Virus record (IMG/VR): IMGVR_UViG_3300012117_000001 | Location: 1 to 54,976 of that record | DNA length: 54,976 nt | Reading direction: 5' to 3' (one strand) | Source of the DNA: a virus | Shown here: in pieces, positions 9,054 to 18,551 of the stretch | Position numbering within the stretch: position 1 is the stretch's first letter | Layout: every line of letters starts with the position of its first letter | Program-made: the position numbers and the translations under genes | Notes under the pieces: model-generated | What the model saw: the letters and a program-made list of their open reading frames with translations, nothing else | Databases searched by the model: none | What the model was told of the DNA's origin: nothing

Positions 9054-12000
9054 TTAAGCAACAATATTGTGAGTATTACCACCAACATTCAACTTGACGT
9101 CTTTTCTTTTAACTGACTTGTTATTGACCGTGACATCAGCTGAAGCAGTGCTGCCTTTTATATTCACATTCACATCGAGTTTTGTAGCGGGTTGTGCTGA
9201 ATTAGCATTAGTTAAGAATGGTGCTGCATTTGAGCCGGTGGTAATAGTGTTAAATCCAGCCCTAAAACTATTGTCAATACCGCGCAAATATATCTCTTCC
9301 TCATCAGTTAGGTGTTGCTTCCAACCTGATGGGTTTTTCTTAATTTGTGCATCAATTACACCTGGCCCTTCATGCATTGCTAAGGTAGTTGCAATCAGAT
9401 CGGAGCCATAATGTTTCATTGCCGCACCAAACAAATCATGACCAACTCTAGCTCGTTCCGCATCACTACCATCCTTTGCGGGAACAACCCCTAACCATGG
9501 ATGCTGTGCCGTTCCATCAGTGACTTGGTACAATCCACGCGCTGTCCCATGAATATTCTTAGCATGCGGGTCACCACCTGATTCCGCATGGATGTATGCA
9601 TGTTCCATGAGATGAATTATGTCAGCGCCAGAAGCACTCGCTTTTCCTATATCACCCGCTAGTGCCGCTACCGCAGCAGATGCAACTCTTCCGCTTTGAA
9701 CTGCCTGACTTGTGCCATCCGCTATTGCTCCTGTGATACCAGAGGAAACACCTGTTGAAAGCACTCCCTCCGCCAGATTTAACCCCATGTATCTCGGACT
9801 TAATGATATCTGAGAGTTGCGAAGGTCAGACATAGCGTTGGATGCTGCATCAGCATTAGCCTGATTCATTATGCTGTCATGTCTGCCAGCGTTATCAGAA
9901 AGGGTTGTATCATTTGCAGAGTAAGCTGCTGCTGCACCATTCAGTCCAGCCATAGACATCAAGCCAGCAAACTGCTGTCCAGTAAACCCCCGAGCTTTTG
10001 CTCGTTGAGCTGCAATAGCAACGAGTTGAGATGGGTCAGTAGTGCTGCGCACATCCTGAATAGTGATAAGCCCACGAGAGCCTACTACGATTCTTGATGT
10101 TGCAGTTGGGTCACCAACCGACAGTGTTGCTGCGGCATTTCCGATGTTGCCTGTTAGGTTATGTGCTTGCCCTTCATCCAAACCCAGTGCTTCAAAGTTC
10201 TGGTTAGATGTTGTGTATGCGTTCACATTAAAGATGCCGGCATCACTCGCCGCTGTGAATTCACCCTGCATTGCATCTATGCCATCACTAACCGCTTGAG
10301 CTGTGCCTACCAATGCAGCAACAGGCAAAGCTACTTCAGGCGCGGCTACAGATAAAAGTTTAAGTAGATTACCTGTAGCTCCACCGGGAGCATTACCAGC
10401 GAGCATCTGCTGAATAGCTGAGCCCACACCTTCTTTGGGCTCTTTCGCAAACGACTTGCCGGAGATGATGCCACGCATGTTGTGGTCAAACTCTGCCTTA
10501 GACATGGACTGGTCAAAGTCAGCATCTTCTTCCGTAGAAGTGTTATCTGGTCCTGATAGAAGTAATGGTTGTTTTCCTTCCGCGAAATCCCAGTTAGGAA
10601 CGTATCCTGAACCACCATTACCGGAACCACCACGACCGTTACCTGAAAGACCAAAACCAGATCTAACACCATGTCCGTATCCATAACCGGATGATGTGGT
10701 ATCACCCACTCGGTCATAACTATTGACGGTCGATTCATTCTTAGCGCGGATAAACTCAACACCTTCAGCTGTACCTCTCGCCACAGCTTTAGACATTGTT
10801 TCGAGGAATTCTTCCTTTGAGATTGAGCCTGACTCTACAGCACCTAGAAGTGAGCGCCCTTCTTTAATCATTCCGCCGAAGTGTTGCAACCTCTCGGCAT
10901 TCTGCGCTGCCCATTCAGGGTCTGCATGGACACGGTCAACGCGACCAAGCCAATGATATGGCTTTCCATCATTACCGTAGTTCTCACCGACCTGAGCAAT
11001 ATCGGCCCATTTGCGGCCAGTCACCGCCATTTGCATTTGTACTTGGTCTAAGTACTCAGGTCTGCTTGATGGGTCAAAGAATCGATTTGCAACAGGAGCC
11101 TTAAACTCAACCAGACCATCACTCCCAACTAATCCATCAGGGGAGACACCTAACCCAGGATATAAGTCATTCGTGACAAATCCTGTCTGCCCAACTTCTA
11201 CGCCAAATTTTGCACCATACTTTGAACGTCCAACAGCCTCCAATCGATGACCTCTGTCAAAATTCTGGTTATGCAGATTCTCAATCCCAAGTGGATTGAA
11301 ACCTACTGCACCAAAAATTGCTGACAATGGGTCACCGTGCTTATTGTGACCAAGCAAGGAGCCCGCTACCGAAGCAGAAACATTGTCGGCACGTAGTGCA
11401 TCCCACTCAGGGGAATTCTGGGCGACATTGTGGAATGTGATTCCACTGGTACTAATCTCAGTAGATCGTTGGGTGAATTCCAGTTCACTTGCAAATTTTG
11501 GTGTTGCAGCGCTGTTATTTATCGGAGCAGCAATAACACTTTGAACCATCGGCCCAACAAAATTAGAGTAGTCCTCTGAGCTTTTTCTGGAAGAAACCAG
11601 CGCCTCTGACAATGATGATGGGATAGTTATTGTAGCTGAGCGATCTTGATACCCCTCGGATAGGTACTCGATATCAGTGTCATGCTTTGATGTCTCACCA
11701 ATGGCGCGTCCAAGTTCAAGCATCCTCTCATTAACATTATCGAGATGTTCGTTAATCTGGTGTGGTGTAGATAATCCAGTTACCCCAGTTTGGTTGTTGG
11801 AAGCTGAACCGTAACCATACACTGCGGCAATACCACGCATATTTGTCCTGACAGACCTCATACCTTCTCTGTCAGGGATAATAGCTCCTGAGATTCCCTG
11901 AAGCAGATCATCTGAAATTGTCTGGGGAAGTATATCGGCGTAAGAGGTATAGGCTTCTTTACCCATAGCCTTCTCATGCGCAATCTGTGTCGCAATAGAT

Positions 12001-12749
12001 TGGATACCCGAGCCAAGGGAGGCTTGCAGCCTTCTGCTAACTTTCGCTACATCATGGGAATGTGCTGCTGAATCTGAGTAACCAGCCCCACTTACATATG
12101 ATGCTGCTACTGCTTCAATAGCTTGCTGAACCTGTAGACCGCCCAGTGATTTAGGTGTGCTGTACTCAGCCATCAGTTGTTCATCGTTACCATCATAGTA
12201 ACCAGCCATGCCGCCAAGGATATCCAGTCCACCAGCATTGCCTGTTGAGTAACCCTCAAATTTACTAAGGACGCCCCTCAACTCTCTCGGTAATGGGACA
12301 TAAGTCGAGTTTCGATATTCAGAAGGAATCTGGCTAAAGACATCAGCTGGTTCCACACCAGCTTGTCGCAAAGAAACTAATATATTGTTGTGCAAACTCT
12401 CATGCGGATTGTTATAAGCATATGCAAAAGCTTGAGCTCCACTATCGCTAGACATTAATGTCTCTGCAATTTCGGATGGGAGTAATGTATCAATATCCGA
12501 GCCAAGCCCTAATATTGATTGCCCGCTATAATATGAGTGTTCTTCCCCATGAGAATCTAAATAAATGTTTTCTTCTTCTAGAAGTTGGCTCATGCCAGAC
12601 AATGCTGCTGCACTGCTGGCAAGATATACTTCCCTAGCCAACTCTTTTTTACCCATTCGTGACGACATGGGCGCATTAAAACGTAGTGCTAATTCCGCTA
12701 GGTCTTCAACACCCATTTTCATTAAAGAAGCTAAATCGTATGACATCAT
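9054..12749 (-). CDS. Multidomain tape measure protein (HeH motif, YqaJ-like nuclease block, TMP region, SLT lytic transglycosylase)
   Basis: 1231 aa at the tape-measure position after the G/GT pair.
- N-terminus: MGVEDLAELALRFNAPMSSRMGKKELAREVY, a Rho-N/HeH-like motif.
- aa ~440-620 (nt ~10950-11430): SPEW..SAS..GHRLE..Y..LGVSPDGLVGSDGLVEFKAP, resembling YqaJ/lambda-exonuclease PD-(D/E)XK domains.
- A Gly-rich linker followed by an Ala/Gly-rich TMP-like region.
- nt ~9330-9615: SLT motif AESGGDPHAKN..GTARGLYQV. Confidence 0.8.
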   Translation of the reverse strand: MMSYDLASLMKMGVEDLAELALRFNAPMSSRMGKKELAREVYLASSAAALSGMSQLLEEENIYLDSHGEEHSYYSGQSILGLGSDIDTLLPSEIAETLMSSDSGAQAFAYAYNNPHESLHNNILVSLRQAGVEPADVFSQIPSEYRNSTYVPLPRELRGVLSKFEGYSTGNAGGLDILGGMAGYYDGNDEQLMAEYSTPKSLGGLQVQQAIEAVAASYVSGAGYSDSAAHSHDVAKVSRRLQASLGSGIQSIATQIAHEKAMGKEAYTSYADILPQTISDDLLQGISGAIIPDREGMRSVRTNMRGIAAVYGYGSASNNQTGVTGLSTPHQINEHLDNVNERMLELGRAIGETSKHDTDIEYLSEGYQDRSATITIPSSLSEALVSSRKSSEDYSNFVGPMVQSVIAAPINNSAATPKFASELEFTQRSTEISTSGITFHNVAQNSPEWDALRADNVSASVAGSLLGHNKHGDPLSAIFGAVGFNPLGIENLHNQNFDRGHRLEAVGRSKYGAKFGVEVGQTGFVTNDLYPGLGVSPDGLVGSDGLVEFKAPVANRFFDPSSRPEYLDQVQMQMAVTGRKWADIAQVGENYGNDGKPYHWLGRVDRVHADPEWAAQNAERLQHFGGMIKEGRSLLGAVESGSISKEEFLETMSKAVARGTAEGVEFIRAKNESTVNSYDRVGDTTSSGYGYGHGVRSGFGLSGNGRGGSGNGGSGYVPNWDFAEGKQPLLLSGPDNTSTEEDADFDQSMSKAEFDHNMRGIISGKSFAKEPKEGVGSAIQQMLAGNAPGGATGNLLKLLSVAAPEVALPVAALVGTAQAVSDGIDAMQGEFTAASDAGIFNVNAYTTSNQNFEALGLDEGQAHNLTGNIGNAAATLSVGDPTATSRIVVGSRGLITIQDVRSTTDPSQLVAIAAQRAKARGFTGQQFAGLMSMAGLNGAAAAYSANDTTLSDNAGRHDSIMNQANADAASNAMSDLRNSQISLSPRYMGLNLAEGVLSTGVSSGITGAIADGTSQAVQSGRVASAAVAALAGDIGKASASGADIIHLMEHAYIHAESGGDPHAKNIHGTARGLYQVTDGTAQHPWLGVVPAKDGSDAERARVGHDLFGAAMKHYGSDLIATTLAMHEGPGVIDAQIKKNPSGWKQHLTDEEEIYLRGIDNSFRAGFNTITTGSNAAPFLTNANSAQPATKLDVNVNIKGSTASADVTVNNKSVKRKDVKLNVGGNTHNIVA

Positions 12750-12754
12750 TAACC

Positions 12755-12979
12755 TTAGAGATTTATCCCGTCTCTCGGCTTCATCTTTTTACGTAAGTCT
12801 AAGATGTCATGGAATAACGCAACGTCCTCAATTGAGTACGTCCCATCCTCCAATTCATGTAACTTACATAAATCAGCAGCTTCAATAAGAGGACGGTGTA
12901 AGAAGTATTTTATATCTGGGAATTGTGGTGAGAGGTCTTCTACTTCATTTACTTCAGCTCTTCCGAATTCGATTGGCAA
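12755..12979 (-). CDS. T-frame extension of the tail assembly chaperone (expressed by -1 frameshift)
   Basis: The frame is -1 relative to the 144-aa ORF and stays open through the slippery site at 13024-13030. It has no independent ATG (the annotated start is TTG) and no SD. Confidence 0.6.
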   Translation of the reverse strand: MPIEFGRAEVNEVEDLSPQFPDIKYFLHRPLIEAADLCKLHELEDGTYSIEDVALFHDILDLRKKMKPRDGINL

Positions 12980-13383
12980 TCCACCGCCAACCGTTTCTGT
13001 TCGTTCATTTCGAGCCCTTGAACGAAAAAATCCTTGAAGTTAACCTCGCATACAAATGCAAACACTTTGCAAACAAGCATTAAGTCCCCATTATAAACAG
13101 AGTTGAATTCTGCCAATGAGACTTCTTTACCATCTCTATTTGCCAAGCAAACTGTGCGTTTAATAATTTCAGATAATTTATCATGCTGCGTCACAGTCAT
13201 TACACGAACTAGATTACCAAAATCAAAATCACCATTAATGAATGGGAACACATCTGCCCCCATTACATTAAGTAATTCGATTTGTAAATCCAGAGCTTTC
13301 GTTGCAGGGAGTTGTCGTACAAATACAGTTACGTCATCTCCTGCCTGATTTTTAAAATCACGCGAGCCGGTTTTACAAGCCAT
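12949..13383 (-). CDS. Tail assembly chaperone (gpG-like)
   Basis: 144 aa between the tail tube and tape measure genes. It contains an in-frame slippery heptamer near its 3' end. Confidence 0.7.
   Translation of the reverse strand: MACKTGSRDFKNQAGDDVTVFVRQLPATKALDLQIELLNVMGADVFPFINGDFDFGNLVRVMTVTQHDKLSEIIKRTVCLANRDGKEVSLAEFNSVYNGDLMLVCKVFAFVCEVNFKDFFVQGLEMNEQKRLAVDCQSNSEELK
13024..13030 (-). promoter_or_regulatory. Programmed -1 ribosomal frameshift site (T TTT TTC)
   Basis: The minus strand reads GAT TTT TTC, a canonical X XXY YYZ heptamer in the zero frame, 72 nt before the G stop. A -1 slip reads ..FFRSRARNERTETVGGGLPIEFGRAEV.. into 12755..12979. Confidence 0.7.
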
Positions 13384-13385
13384 TA

Positions 13386-13841
13386 TTAGTTACCTACCGA
13401 TGGATAAGTACCTGTGGTAATGTTCAACACTTCCACAAAGATTGACCACATATTCTGACCAATACTGATGCCACGAGTGATATTAGGTTGCTTGATGATA
13501 AAGCCGTTAGTGCCTTCAACAAGTACGTCACCCATTTTATCTACAATCTGCAACTGCATTGGTACCCAAAGAGATTTATTACCGGAGAGGCCTGTAGCTT
13601 GTGTAAGCTGAGCTTTCGCATACAAGACTTCATTCCAGTCAGATGTCATCAACAATGGAAATGCAATGTGTCCTGATTGGTCAGCTGAGGTTGCTACAGC
13701 TGCTTTACCACGTGCATCCATGACAGGCATATGCTGCACAGCATTTCGACCTGCGGTAATAATCGCATTCGTTGCTGGAAAACCGTCAACAGCAGAACCG
13801 TCAATTAAGAAATCAACGTCATAAAAGGAATACTGCTTCAT
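13386..13841 (-). CDS. Tail tube protein
   Basis: 151 aa immediately after the sheath gene. Size and position fit a contractile-tail tube. Confidence 0.7.
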   Translation of the reverse strand: MKQYSFYDVDFLIDGSAVDGFPATNAIITAGRNAVQHMPVMDARGKAAVATSADQSGHIAFPLLMTSDWNEVLYAKAQLTQATGLSGNKSLWVPMQLQIVDKMGDVLVEGTNGFIIKQPNITRGISIGQNMWSIFVEVLNITTGTYPSVGN

Positions 13842-13856
13842 TTATTATTATTCTTC

Positions 13857-15272
13857 TTATTGTACAAATGTACCAGAAATAGTAGCGCCTTGAAGAGCAC
13901 CAGTCCCGATGGCAATAAAGGAAGTTCCTTGCCAGATACGGGAGCCTTTTTCTCCTAACAAGTCTTCAATTGGTGTGGACTGGACGAGGTAGCCTTTAGG
14001 ATAAAACACCCCTTCACTATCATAGCCGGGACCAATTAACCCATTAGTAACACCAAGACGTAACCCATTACCAACAGCTTGGTTCACCATCGCCACACCA
14101 GTACCATCGAATGGAATCTTGGTCGTACTTTGATATTCGAGGTTGAAGATATTTGTTTGAATCTGGTTTGTTAACCAGTCAACACCTTGAACAGTGTCTG
14201 CCCATGTACCATCAGCCATGCGGCCATCGTAATAAATACCAACACCACCAGAATTCATGAACACATTACTATTAATTGCCTGTAAAGCAGATAATTGTGA
14301 TGTGTTAATATTCGCAGCGGTAATTTCTGGCATATCTTTGTACGCAAGAGTGATTGTTGACTTAGCTTGATTAAAATTGACTGTTGATAAACGACCACAA
14401 GCTGATACTTCTGGGTACTCACCTGCTTTCGCAGAGTAATTCATTAGTGTACGCATCAAGTTCATGCCAGCGATATCTTTAGCCTGGCACTCCAACCCAG
14501 CAGTCAGCATATTCACATCGTTAGAAGCATACCCATAGAATTTGCCGTTGGCTTCACACCATCTCGCGGTATCTTCCATGACGCTGGTATCACGATATTG
14601 CCGGTCAACTGCTACGAAATAGAAGAACTGACCAGTATCCAAAGCGTTAGTTAGGTACGTGGCAATGGTTGTGCCATCGCTACCATTTGTTAGCTTCCCA
14701 CCAAGGACTGTGAACCCTAATGCTTCAGCTAAATCCCCTGTATCACAGTAAGTCAGCGTTTCACTTGCACCGGATGCTGTAGTGGTAATAGAGAAAACGC
14801 CATCAGCCTGTGAGATTGTGCAGCCAGTTGGTATTACTCCCGCAATAGCATCTACAACAGCGTCGAAGTCTTCACATGCAGAGAGATCGACATCATCGGT
14901 AGTAGTTTTATCACCATCAAATGTGAAGCTCAGTGAACCCGCAGTGATGCCGTTGAGGGTGTCGATGTCTGCCAGGGTGCCTACGAGGGTTGCCGGTGCT
15001 GCATCATCCCCTAAGTCCCCAATACTTGCGACAACGAAGGTTTTAGGCTTCGGTTTCTGGGAGTAGTATGTAGAAGCAGCATTATAAATTTCACCTGAGG
15101 TATAATTATCCTCAACTTCACTCATACTATTAAATACCTGAATTGGTTGTTCACCAGCTACAGGTGTAAATTCGGGTGTTGCAAACAGTAATGGGCCATA
15201 CCCATTAGTGCCAGTTGCATTTGGTGAGATGCTAATACTAACATCAAACAAAAATGAAACAGGGATTGTCAT
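13857..15272 (-). CDS. Tail sheath protein
   Basis: 471 aa, followed by tube, chaperone pair and tape measure. This is the canonical contractile-tail order. Confidence 0.75.
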   Translation of the reverse strand: MTIPVSFLFDVSISISPNATGTNGYGPLLFATPEFTPVAGEQPIQVFNSMSEVEDNYTSGEIYNAASTYYSQKPKPKTFVVASIGDLGDDAAPATLVGTLADIDTLNGITAGSLSFTFDGDKTTTDDVDLSACEDFDAVVDAIAGVIPTGCTISQADGVFSITTTASGASETLTYCDTGDLAEALGFTVLGGKLTNGSDGTTIATYLTNALDTGQFFYFVAVDRQYRDTSVMEDTARWCEANGKFYGYASNDVNMLTAGLECQAKDIAGMNLMRTLMNYSAKAGEYPEVSACGRLSTVNFNQAKSTITLAYKDMPEITAANINTSQLSALQAINSNVFMNSGGVGIYYDGRMADGTWADTVQGVDWLTNQIQTNIFNLEYQSTTKIPFDGTGVAMVNQAVGNGLRLGVTNGLIGPGYDSEGVFYPKGYLVQSTPIEDLLGEKGSRIWQGTSFIAIGTGALQGATISGTFVQ

Positions 15273-15281
15273 TGAATCCTC

Positions 15282-15830
15282 TTATATTTTTATATTTTCA
15301 TCGTCAACGAATAGCTCACCATTGACTTTTACTTCTGAGATTGAACCAATAATTGATTCTTGAATTCGCCTAACATTGAACTGACAAGTAATTCCTCGCC
15401 GAATTTCCCAGTTGGTTTCTAAGTTTATATTACTTAGGGATGTTGGCATTTTTAATAATGGGCCAGCAAATCCATGACGTTTCATCAAAGCTTTCACATC
15501 TGGACGATAAAAGGAATTATCAAAATCGACAACTTCATTTCCTTCACGTACAAATAGAATATCGAATGTTAGAATCCTTATACCCATTGTCTTAAAAGTT
15601 AATGTGCCGTCATCATTCTGGGTGTATTTTCGTTCGTCAAGTCCGGGATTTACTGAGAGTCTGCATCTCACCGCTGCATAGTTTTCAACTGGAGGTCTTG
15701 GAGCATTTAAATACATTGGGTAAGCAAATCGCTCAATGCCAACAGCTTTATCAACAATTTCCAACATACCTTGCAGTTCGGTATCTTGGATATCTATACT
15801 TGAGTTAATTATCAAGAACCCTCGCAGCAA
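15282..15830 (-). CDS. Tail completion / terminator-position protein
   Basis: 182 aa directly upstream of the sheath gene. Positional inference only. Confidence 0.4.
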   Translation of the reverse strand: MLRGFLIINSSIDIQDTELQGMLEIVDKAVGIERFAYPMYLNAPRPPVENYAAVRCRLSVNPGLDERKYTQNDDGTLTFKTMGIRILTFDILFVREGNEVVDFDNSFYRPDVKALMKRHGFAGPLLKMPTSLSNINLETNWEIRRGITCQFNVRRIQESIIGSISEVKVNGELFVDDENIKI

Positions 15831-16212
15831 TTACCTTATGGAAACCAGCAGCACGATATTCATCTATCTGAGTAACTTTGTAGGGATACCCGTAAATATT
15901 AATGACAGATTTCATTGGCATTTCTTTGGAAGAGTGAAACTGCATGAATGCAGGTTGCCTCTCTCCAATTTCCGTTGCTTTAAGTTGTTTGCCCGTTGTT
16001 CCCGCATCTCTATCCCCAAAAGGGATGGGAGTGACATAGATATCAGCAGCAGGGGCGTAATGCTCCCCCACATACCTATTTCTTTCGTCGTAATATCCGG
16101 GATACCAGATCTGTATCGTTGCTTTTGCTGTGGTGTGCCTATTAAAGGCACGTCTTTGGTTTATCAAACGATAGCCCTCGGACCACCAAAAGCCATACGC
16201 CTCCAGCGACAA
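15805..16212 (-). CDS. Head-tail joining protein (positional)
   Basis: 135 aa, overlapping both neighbours within the connector block. Confidence 0.4.
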   Translation of the reverse strand: MSLEAYGFWWSEGYRLINQRRAFNRHTTAKATIQIWYPGYYDERNRYVGEHYAPAADIYVTPIPFGDRDAGTTGKQLKATEIGERQPAFMQFHSSKEMPMKSVINIYGYPYKVTQIDEYRAAGFHKVIAARVLDN

Positions 16213-16544
16213 TATGCCTGACCATAGCTTGTGCTAAACAGGTCACTATCAATGCCGTTCTGTGGGCTAGTTGTAGATGAAGGCAACCCATACTCCACAA
16301 GGACCTCGTCAACATCGGTGCGCTTCAATGGTGCAGAGGCGTTGGAGTCACCAGATGCCTGTGCTTCATTAAGTGTGAGGAAATGGGCAATAAGATTTGC
16401 CATTGCAACGTTGTAGTATGAGCACCAACGACTTTCGTTAGTACCCATCATTAATTCAGCATCAGAACGAAACAAATCAAAACGAGGCTCTACAACGGAA
16501 CTAAATTCAGGGAATCTGAATTTGAATGCGTCGAATGTCAGCAT
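16164..16544 (-). CDS. Head-tail connector protein (DUF4054-like)
   Basis: 126 aa. The N-terminus MLTFDAFKFRFPEF resembles the DUF4054-type proteins that follow the capsid gene in related myovirus modules. Confidence 0.45.
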   Translation of the reverse strand: MLTFDAFKFRFPEFSSVVEPRFDLFRSDAELMMGTNESRWCSYYNVAMANLIAHFLTLNEAQASGDSNASAPLKRTDVDEVLVEYGLPSSTTSPQNGIDSDLFSTSYGQAYCRWRRMAFGGPRAIV

Positions 16545-17029
16545 TATTTTAGTTTCTTATACAAATCTTTTATCTGCGAAGAGGACATCCCTTCAGCCAG
16601 CGTAATACCTTTAGTGGATAGCAGCTCGCGCATCTCTTCCATTGTAGGTTCAACCACCGGCTTTTCATGATAAATAACCAAATCACCATTTTGGATGTAA
16701 GTCTCAAAGATGCTAATTTCGTGACTTTCACCAGATTGCAAACGAGACTTAATCTTAAGCTTATCTTTCCCCATAAGGATGTCAGCATTTTCGACTTCTT
16801 CTACAATATCCTCAAAGTCATGTACGGGGGTTTTAGCTGCCATGAGAGCCTCATAGAGGCTATCGTCAATAATTACCGTTGCATTGCTTGGGATATGTAC
16901 TAATTTAATTTCGGGTTTCGCTGGAGTTAGTACTGTGTTGCCAAACTGGTTAACACTTTCAATAGTTTGCCCAGCATTCACCCGCACATTAAATTGCATG
17001 TTGGCTTTTGTATTATTTTTGATTTTCAT
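16544..17029 (-). CDS. Hypothetical head-associated protein
   Basis: 161 aa directly after the capsid gene and its hairpin. No motif. Confidence 0.5.
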   Translation of the reverse strand: MKIKNNTKANMQFNVRVNAGQTIESVNQFGNTVLTPAKPEIKLVHIPSNATVIIDDSLYEALMAAKTPVHDFEDIVEEVENADILMGKDKLKIKSRLQSGESHEISIFETYIQNGDLVIYHEKPVVEPTMEEMRELLSTKGITLAEGMSSSQIKDLYKKLK

Positions 17030-17042
17030 GTAATTCTCATAT

Positions 17043-17062
17043 TAGGGCTACGAATAGCCCTA
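17043..17062 (-). terminator. Stem-loop after the major capsid gene (attenuator/stabiliser)
   Basis: TAGGGCTA-cgaa-TAGCCCTA lies 8 nt after the capsid stop codon. There is no clear U tract. Confidence 0.4.
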
Positions 17063-17069
17063 GGTAATC

Positions 17070-18119
17070 TTAGACACCTGAGGTGATAGAGAATGCAGCT
17101 GGGTACATAATCTGCAAACCTGCGAAACGGCCACGGCCAGGAATTTCATAAACTAAGCCATGGAGTTGTACTGGCAACCATTCAAGTGGGAATGGCTCAC
17201 GAATGCGTGATGTTTTGGTACCATTAGCATATTCAGCTTTAACAATGATGCAGTCAGCGCCTGAAGTCCCCTGACCAGCAATTGCGTTTAGAGCTTTAAC
17301 TTTTTCGCGAGTAATGCCAAATGGGTTGTTCTCTACAAAATACTGGAGGACAGTCTTGTCGCTGTTATCACTACGTGGAGTTGCTGAAGCCAGAGTCCAC
17401 AAGTTGACAGGTAACCAAACTTCGGATGGCTTCATGATCTTCATGGTTGACTCAAACATGTTGGAACATGCTGTATTCAAGTCTGCCAACCATTCGCCAG
17501 GAGTCTTATCTTTCCAAGTCGTTTTACCTGAATCACCAGCAGCGGCAGTAGCTCGTGTGATAGCACTAATCTGAAAGAAGCCTTCAATCTCTTCTTCATC
17601 GTCGCCATACCAAACTGCTGAGTTGACATATTGTTCGTAACCACGAGTTGCTGCCATAGCCTTACGAGCTTCCAGCGGCATCCCTGTAACGGCTGCGGCG
17701 GCGACTTCATCAATGTCGTAGTCATATGAGGTACCTACAGACTTAACAGGCAGTGAGTACTCTTTCCCGGATACAGATGCTTTTGGTAAGTCCACAGCCC
17801 GAGCATTGAAAACTTGTGCTTTGCCTACATGGTCATAGCTACGATAGGTAAGTGTGGTTACACCAGCACCACCTGAGTTATCAACGCTGAAACATTCACG
17901 CGCTTCCAAATCTGGGTATTGAACGTCATAACTTTGCTGTTCGATATATTCGAGCTGACGCTGGAAGAAGATACCGTCAGCATCAGACAATGAGACTTGA
18001 TTCGAATTTTGGATAGCGACAATTGCATCGCAAATTTCAACTTCTTTATTTGGTAGTTCGAGGCCAAGACGGTTTAAGCGATTAAAGTCGGAGTCAGCCA
18101 GTTGTACGAGTTTAGGCAT
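17070..18119 (-). CDS. Major capsid protein
   Basis: 349 aa. It follows the portal, scaffold/protease and decoration genes and is flanked by stem-loops on both sides. Confidence 0.75.
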   Translation of the reverse strand: MPKLVQLADSDFNRLNRLGLELPNKEVEICDAIVAIQNSNQVSLSDADGIFFQRQLEYIEQQSYDVQYPDLEARECFSVDNSGGAGVTTLTYRSYDHVGKAQVFNARAVDLPKASVSGKEYSLPVKSVGTSYDYDIDEVAAAAVTGMPLEARKAMAATRGYEQYVNSAVWYGDDEEEIEGFFQISAITRATAAAGDSGKTTWKDKTPGEWLADLNTACSNMFESTMKIMKPSEVWLPVNLWTLASATPRSDNSDKTVLQYFVENNPFGITREKVKALNAIAGQGTSGADCIIVKAEYANGTKTSRIREPFPLEWLPVQLHGLVYEIPGRGRFAGLQIMYPAAFSITSGV

Positions 18120-18237
18120 TTATTATTATTATTTCCTGAATAGCTTTAACACCCACTACAGAAGAGTAATGGGCTTAATATAGATTGTAATTTTCCCACA
18201 ATTGAATTCTGTGGTTATCTTGCGACAGCAAATTGAA

Positions 18238-18504
18238 CTACGAGGTCTGGGCGGGAGAAACTGTAATTGTTGCTGGCGTAGCGTCCACACTATTACCTTG
18301 GGCGTCTACGACTGAACAGGTGACATTGCATGTCCCAGACAGTGCTGGTGTTCCACCAATATTGGATGTGGTTCCGTCAACTTCAACCATTGTAAATCCA
18401 GCGCTCTGCCCAGTAAGCTCAACCAGCACTGTGTACCCATTATCTTCAGTCCATACTGGGTCACAGACGATAGTGGCAACACCTGTGTAAGATGCACCAG
18501 CCAC
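18238..18504 (-). CDS. Ig-like domain ORF, probably a -1 frameshift extension of the upstream decoration gene
   Basis: The beta-rich T/S/V/G pattern (VSISVSPDTAVAGASYTGVATIVC..ATITVSP) is typical of Ig-like domains. The only start is GTG 18504, with no SD. The frame is open up to 18588 and is -1 relative to 18552..19040. Confidence 0.5.
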   Translation of the reverse strand: MAGASYTGVATIVCDPVWTEDNGYTVLVELTGQSAGFTMVEVDGTTSNIGGTPALSGTCNVTCSVVDAQGNSVDATPATITVSPAQTS

Positions 18505-18551
18505 TGCGGTATCTGGGGAAACTGAGATAGATACACTGCTAATAGTGGGTT

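Noticed and set aside
9094-12888. Numerous 60-140-aa ORFs antisense to or out of frame with the tape measure gene, and similar antisense ORFs inside most large genes (for example 52975..53412 in int, 44019..44426, 49620..50654 in the RNAP gene)
   Set aside because: They are fully embedded in long, motif-supported genes on the other strand or frame. They have no SD or start context. Their Ser/Pro/Cys-rich low-complexity products are typical of shadow ORFs.
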